Positions 12,346-15,805 of a stretch of DNA of 15,805 bases are shown here, one piece after another. The DNA is from a virus. Taxonomy: Duplodnaviria; Heunggongvirae; Uroviricota; Caudoviricetes. Where the stretch lies: IMG/VR virus record IMGVR_UViG_2541047722_000005, one strand, 5' to 3'. The notes beneath the pieces are model-generated. The model did no database searches, was not told the DNA's origin, and saw nothing but the letters and a program-made list of their open reading frames with translations. The position numbers and the translations under genes were made by a program. The stretch's first letter is position 1; every line of letters begins with the position of its first letter.

Positions 12346-14899
12346 ACCGGTAGGCGATCTGGTCGTTGATTTAAGTCTGGATGCGGCCAGATTTGACGAG
12401 CAGATGGCCAGAGTCAGGCGTCATTTTTCCGGTACGGAAAGTGATGCGAAAAAAACAGCGGCAGTCGTTGAACAGTCGCTGAGCCGACAGGCGCTGGCTG
12501 CACAGAAAGCGGGGATTTCCGTCGGGCAGTATAAAGCCGCCATGCGTATGCTGCCTGCACAGTTCACCGACGTGGCCACGCAGCTTGCAGGCGGGCAAAG
12601 CCCGTGGCTGATCCTGCTGCAACAGGGTGGTCAGGTTAAGGACTCCTTCGGCGGGATGATCCCCATGTTCCGGGGGCTTGCCGGTGCGATCACCCTGCCG
12701 ATGGTCGGGGCCACCTCGCTGGCGGTGGCGACCGGTGCGCTGGCGTATGCCTGGTATCAGGGTAACTCAACCCTGTCCGATTTCAACAAAACGCTGGTCC
12801 TTTCCGGCAATCAGTCGGGTCTGACGGCAGATCGTATGCTGGTCCTGTCCAGAGCCGGGCAGGCGGCAGGGCTGACGTTTAACCAGACCAGCGAGTCACT
12901 CAGCGCACTGGTTAAGGCGGGAGTAAGCGGTGAGGCTCAGATTGCATCCATCAGCCAGAGTGTGGCGCGTTTCTCCTCTGCATCCGGCGTGGAGGTGGAC
13001 AAGGTCGCTGAAGCCTTCGGGAAGCTGACCACTGACCCGACGTCGGGGCTGACGGCGATGGCGCGCCAGTTCCATAACGTAACGGCGGAGCAGATTGCGT
13101 ATGTTGCTCAGTTGCAGCGTTCCGGCGATGAATCCGGGGCATTGCAGGCGGCGAACGAGGCCGCAACGAAAGGGTTTGATGACCAGACCCGACGCCTGAA
13201 AGAGAACATGGGCACGCTGGAAACCTGGGCAGACAGGACAGCACGGGCATTCAAATCCATGTGGGATGCGGTGCTGGATATTGGTCGTCCTGATACCGCT
13301 CAGGAGATGCTGATTAAGGCAGAGGCTGCGTTTAAGAAAGCGGACGACATCTGGAATCTGCGCAAGGATGATTATTTTGTTAACGATGAAGCGCGGGCGC
13401 GTTACTGGGATGATCGTGAAAAGGCCCGTCTTGCGCTTGAAGCCGCCCGAAAGAAGGCTGAGCAGCAGACTCAACAGGACAAAAATGCGCAGCAGCAGAG
13501 CGATACCGAAGCGTCACGGCTGAAATATACCGAAGAGGCGCAGAAGGCTTACGAACGGCTGCAGACGCCGCTGGAGAAATATACCGCCCGTCAGGAAGAA
13601 CTGAACAAGGCACTGAAAGACGGGAAAATCCTGCAGGCGGATTACAACACGCTGATGGCGGCGGCGAAAAAGGATTATGAAGCGACGCTGAAAAAGCCGA
13701 AACAGTCCGGCGTGAAGGTGTCTGCGGGCGATCGTCAGGAAGACAGTGCTCATGCTGCTCTGCTGACGCTTCAGGCAGAACTCCGGACGCTGGAGAAGCA
13801 TGCCGGAGCAAATGAGAAAATCAGCCAGCAGCGCCGGGATTTGTGGAAGGCGGAGAGTCAGTTCGCGGTACTGGAGGAGGCGGCGCAACGTCGCCAGCTG
13901 TCTGCACAGGAGAAATCCCTGCTGGCGCATAAAGATGAGACGCTGGAGTACAAACGCCAGCTGGCTGCGCTTGGCGACAAGGTTACGTATCAGGAGCGCC
14001 TGAACGCGCTGGCGCAGCAGGCGGATAAATTCGCACAGCAGCAACGGGCAAAACGGGCCGCCATTGATGCGAAAAGCCGGGGGCTGACTGACCGGCAGGC
14101 AGAACGGGAAGCCACGGAACAGCGCCTGAAGGAACAGTATGGCGATAATCCGCTGGCGCTGAATAACGTCATGTCAGAGCAGAAAAAGACCTGGGCGGCT
14201 GAAGACCAGCTTCGCGGGAACTGGATGGCAGGCCTGAAGTCCGGCTGGAGTGAGTGGGAAGAGAGCGCCACGGACAGTATGTCGCAGGTAAAAAGTGCAG
14301 CCACGCAGACCTTTGATGGTATTGCGCAGAATATGGCGGCGATGCTGACCGGCAGTGAACAGAACTGGCGCAGCTTCACCCGTTCCGTGCTGTCCATGAT
14401 GACAGAAATTCTGCTTAAGCAGGCAATGGTGGGGATTGTCGGGAGTATCGGCAGCGCTATTGGCGGGGCTGTTGGTGGCGGCGCATCCGCGTCAGGCGGT
14501 ACAGCCATTCAGGCCGCTGCGGCGAAACTCCATTTTGCAACCGGAGGATTTACGGGAACCGGCGGCAAATATGAGCCAGCGGGGATTGTTCACCGTGGTG
14601 AATTTGTCTTCACGAAGGAGGCAACCAGCCGGATTGGCGTGGGAAATCTCTACCGGCTGATGCGCGGCTATGCCACCGGCGGTTATGTCGGTGGCACCGG
14701 AAGTCCGGCGCAAATGCGGCGTTCAGAGGGTATCAGGTTTGAGCAGAACAACAACGTGGTGATTCAGAACGACGGTACGAATGGTCTGCCAGGTCCACAG
14801 ATGATGAAGGCGGTGTATGACATGGCCCGCAAGGGTGCCCGTGATGAAATCCAGGCACAGATGCGCGATGGTGGTCTGTTCTCCGGAGGTGGACGATGA
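12338..14899 (+). CDS. H: Tail tape measure protein H (853 aa)
   Basis: 853 aa, same length as lambda gpH; N-terminus MAEPVGDLVVDLSLDAARFDEQMARVRRHF... and most of the length match lambda gpH as recalled. ATG 12338 overlaps the T stop. Confidence 0.93.
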   Translation: MAEPVGDLVVDLSLDAARFDEQMARVRRHFSGTESDAKKTAAVVEQSLSRQALAAQKAGISVGQYKAAMRMLPAQFTDVATQLAGGQSPWLILLQQGGQVKDSFGGMIPMFRGLAGAITLPMVGATSLAVATGALAYAWYQGNSTLSDFNKTLVLSGNQSGLTADRMLVLSRAGQAAGLTFNQTSESLSALVKAGVSGEAQIASISQSVARFSSASGVEVDKVAEAFGKLTTDPTSGLTAMARQFHNVTAEQIAYVAQLQRSGDESGALQAANEAATKGFDDQTRRLKENMGTLETWADRTARAFKSMWDAVLDIGRPDTAQEMLIKAEAAFKKADDIWNLRKDDYFVNDEARARYWDDREKARLALEAARKKAEQQTQQDKNAQQQSDTEASRLKYTEEAQKAYERLQTPLEKYTARQEELNKALKDGKILQADYNTLMAAAKKDYEATLKKPKQSGVKVSAGDRQEDSAHAALLTLQAELRTLEKHAGANEKISQQRRDLWKAESQFAVLEEAAQRRQLSAQEKSLLAHKDETLEYKRQLAALGDKVTYQERLNALAQQADKFAQQQRAKRAAIDAKSRGLTDRQAEREATEQRLKEQYGDNPLALNNVMSEQKKTWAAEDQLRGNWMAGLKSGWSEWEESATDSMSQVKSAATQTFDGIAQNMAAMLTGSEQNWRSFTRSVLSMMTEILLKQAMVGIVGSIGSAIGGAVGGGASASGGTAIQAAAAKLHFATGGFTGTGGKYEPAGIVHRGEFVFTKEATSRIGVGNLYRLMRGYATGGYVGGTGSPAQMRRSEGIRFEQNNNVVIQNDGTNGLPGPQMMKAVYDMARKGARDEIQAQMRDGGLFSGGGR

Positions 14900-15225
14900 A
14901 AACCTTCCGCTGGAAAGTGAAACCCGGGATGGATGTGACATCGGCTCCTTCCGTCAGGGAGGTGCGCTTTGGTGATGGCTATTCCCAGCGTGCGCCTGCC
15001 GGGCTGAACGCTGACCTGAAAACGTACAGCGTGACGCTGTCTGTCTCCCGTGAGGAGGCCACGGCGCTGGAGTCGTTTCTGGCTGAGCACGGGGGCTGGA
15101 AGGCCTTTCTGTGGACGCCGCCTTATGGTTACAGGCAGATAAAGGTGACCTGCGCAAAATGGTCGTCGCGGGTCAGTATGCTGCGTGTTGAGTTCAGCGC
15201 AGAGTTTGAACAGGTGGTGAACTGA
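14896..15225 (+). CDS. M: Minor tail protein M (109 aa)
   Basis: MKTFRWKVKPGMDV...VRFGDGYSQRAPAGLNA.LKTYSVTLSV.REEAT.LESFL.EHGGWK.FLWTPPY..RQIKVTCAKWSSRVSMLRVEFSAEFEQVVN matches lambda gpM as recalled; ATGA overlap with H. Confidence 0.93.
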   Translation: MKTFRWKVKPGMDVTSAPSVREVRFGDGYSQRAPAGLNADLKTYSVTLSVSREEATALESFLAEHGGWKAFLWTPPYGYRQIKVTCAKWSSRVSMLRVEFSAEFEQVVN

Positions 15226-15805
15226 TGCAGGATATCCGGCAGGAAACATTGAATGAATGCACCCGTGCGGAGCAGTCGGCCAGCGTGGTGCTCTGGGAAA
15301 TCGATCTGACAGAGGTCGGTGGAGAACGTTATTTTTTCTGTAATGAGCAGAACGAAAAAGGTGAGCCGGTCACCTGGCAGGGGCGACAGTATCAGCCGTA
15401 TCCCATTCAGGGGAGTAGTTTTGAACTGAATGGCAAAGGCACCAGTACGCGCCCCACGCTGACGGTTTCTAACCTGTACGGTATGGTCACCGGGATGGTG
15501 GAAGATCTGCAGAGTCTGGTCGGCGGAACGGTGGTCAGGCGTAAGGTTTACGCCCGTTTTCTGGATGCGGTGAACTTCGTCAACGGAAACAGCGACGCCG
15601 ATCCGGAGCAGGAGGTGATCAGCCGCTGGCGCATCGAGCAGTGCAGCGAACTGAGTGCGGTCAGTGCCTCCTTTGTACTGTCCACACCGACGGAAACGGA
15701 TGGTGCCGTTTTTCCGGGGCGCATCATGCTGGCTAATACCTGCACCTGGACCTATCGCGGTGATGAGTGCGGTTATCACGGTCCGGCGGTCGCGGATGAA
15801 TATGA
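15225..15805 (+). CDS. L: Minor tail protein L, N-terminal ~193 codons (partial; continues past the window end)
   Basis: ATG 15225 overlaps the M stop (TGATG); translation MQDIRQETLNECTRAEQSASVVLWEIDLTEVGGERYFFCNEQNEKGEPVTWQGRQYQPYPIQGS... matches lambda gpL as recalled; frame is open to the window edge. Confidence 0.9.
   Translation, partial: MQDIRQETLNECTRAEQSASVVLWEIDLTEVGGERYFFCNEQNEKGEPVTWQGRQYQPYPIQGSSFELNGKGTSTRPTLTVSNLYGMVTGMVEDLQSLVGGTVVRRKVYARFLDAVNFVNGNSDADPEQEVISRWRIEQCSELSAVSASFVLSTPTETDGAVFPGRIMLANTCTWTYRGDECGYHGPAVADEY

Noticed and set aside
1-15805. CRISPR arrays, tRNA or rRNA genes
   Set aside because: No regularly spaced direct repeats with unique spacers and no cloverleaf-like or rRNA-like segments were seen; essentially the whole window beyond 1797 is protein-coding.
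1-15805. Chi sites (GCTGGTGG) on either strand
   Set aside because: A visual scan found only near-misses (e.g. ACTGGTGG near 7712); no exact octamer was confirmed. This is a by-eye scan and should be rechecked computationally.

Overview
This window is the packaging/head/tail morphogenesis arm of a lambda-like (lambdoid) prophage or phage genome, on the + strand throughout. Order: a truncated IS3-family insertion sequence at the left edge (1-219, minus strand); a short accessory ('moron') region holding a lipoprotein with a TonB C-terminal-like domain (519-845) and a possible small secreted Cys-rich protein on the minus strand (1209-1460); a cos site whose 12-nt cosN (1609-1620) matches the lambda cohesive end as I recall it; then a contiguous, mostly overlapping late operon Nu1-A-W-B-C(Nu3)-D-E-FI-FII-Z-U-V-G-T-H-M-L (L partial at the right edge). 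Gene calls rest on ORF structure, start-codon context and similarity to lambda proteins recalled from memory; no database search was run. By that recall, Z through L are nearly identical to lambda while Nu1 through FI are clearly divergent homologues, suggesting a mosaic joint in or near FII. The most interesting candidates for something new are the two moron ORFs between the IS element and cos, the tandem triplication inside the C/Nu3 scaffold region, and the cosB-like inverted repeats. No tRNA, rRNA or CRISPR arrays were seen.
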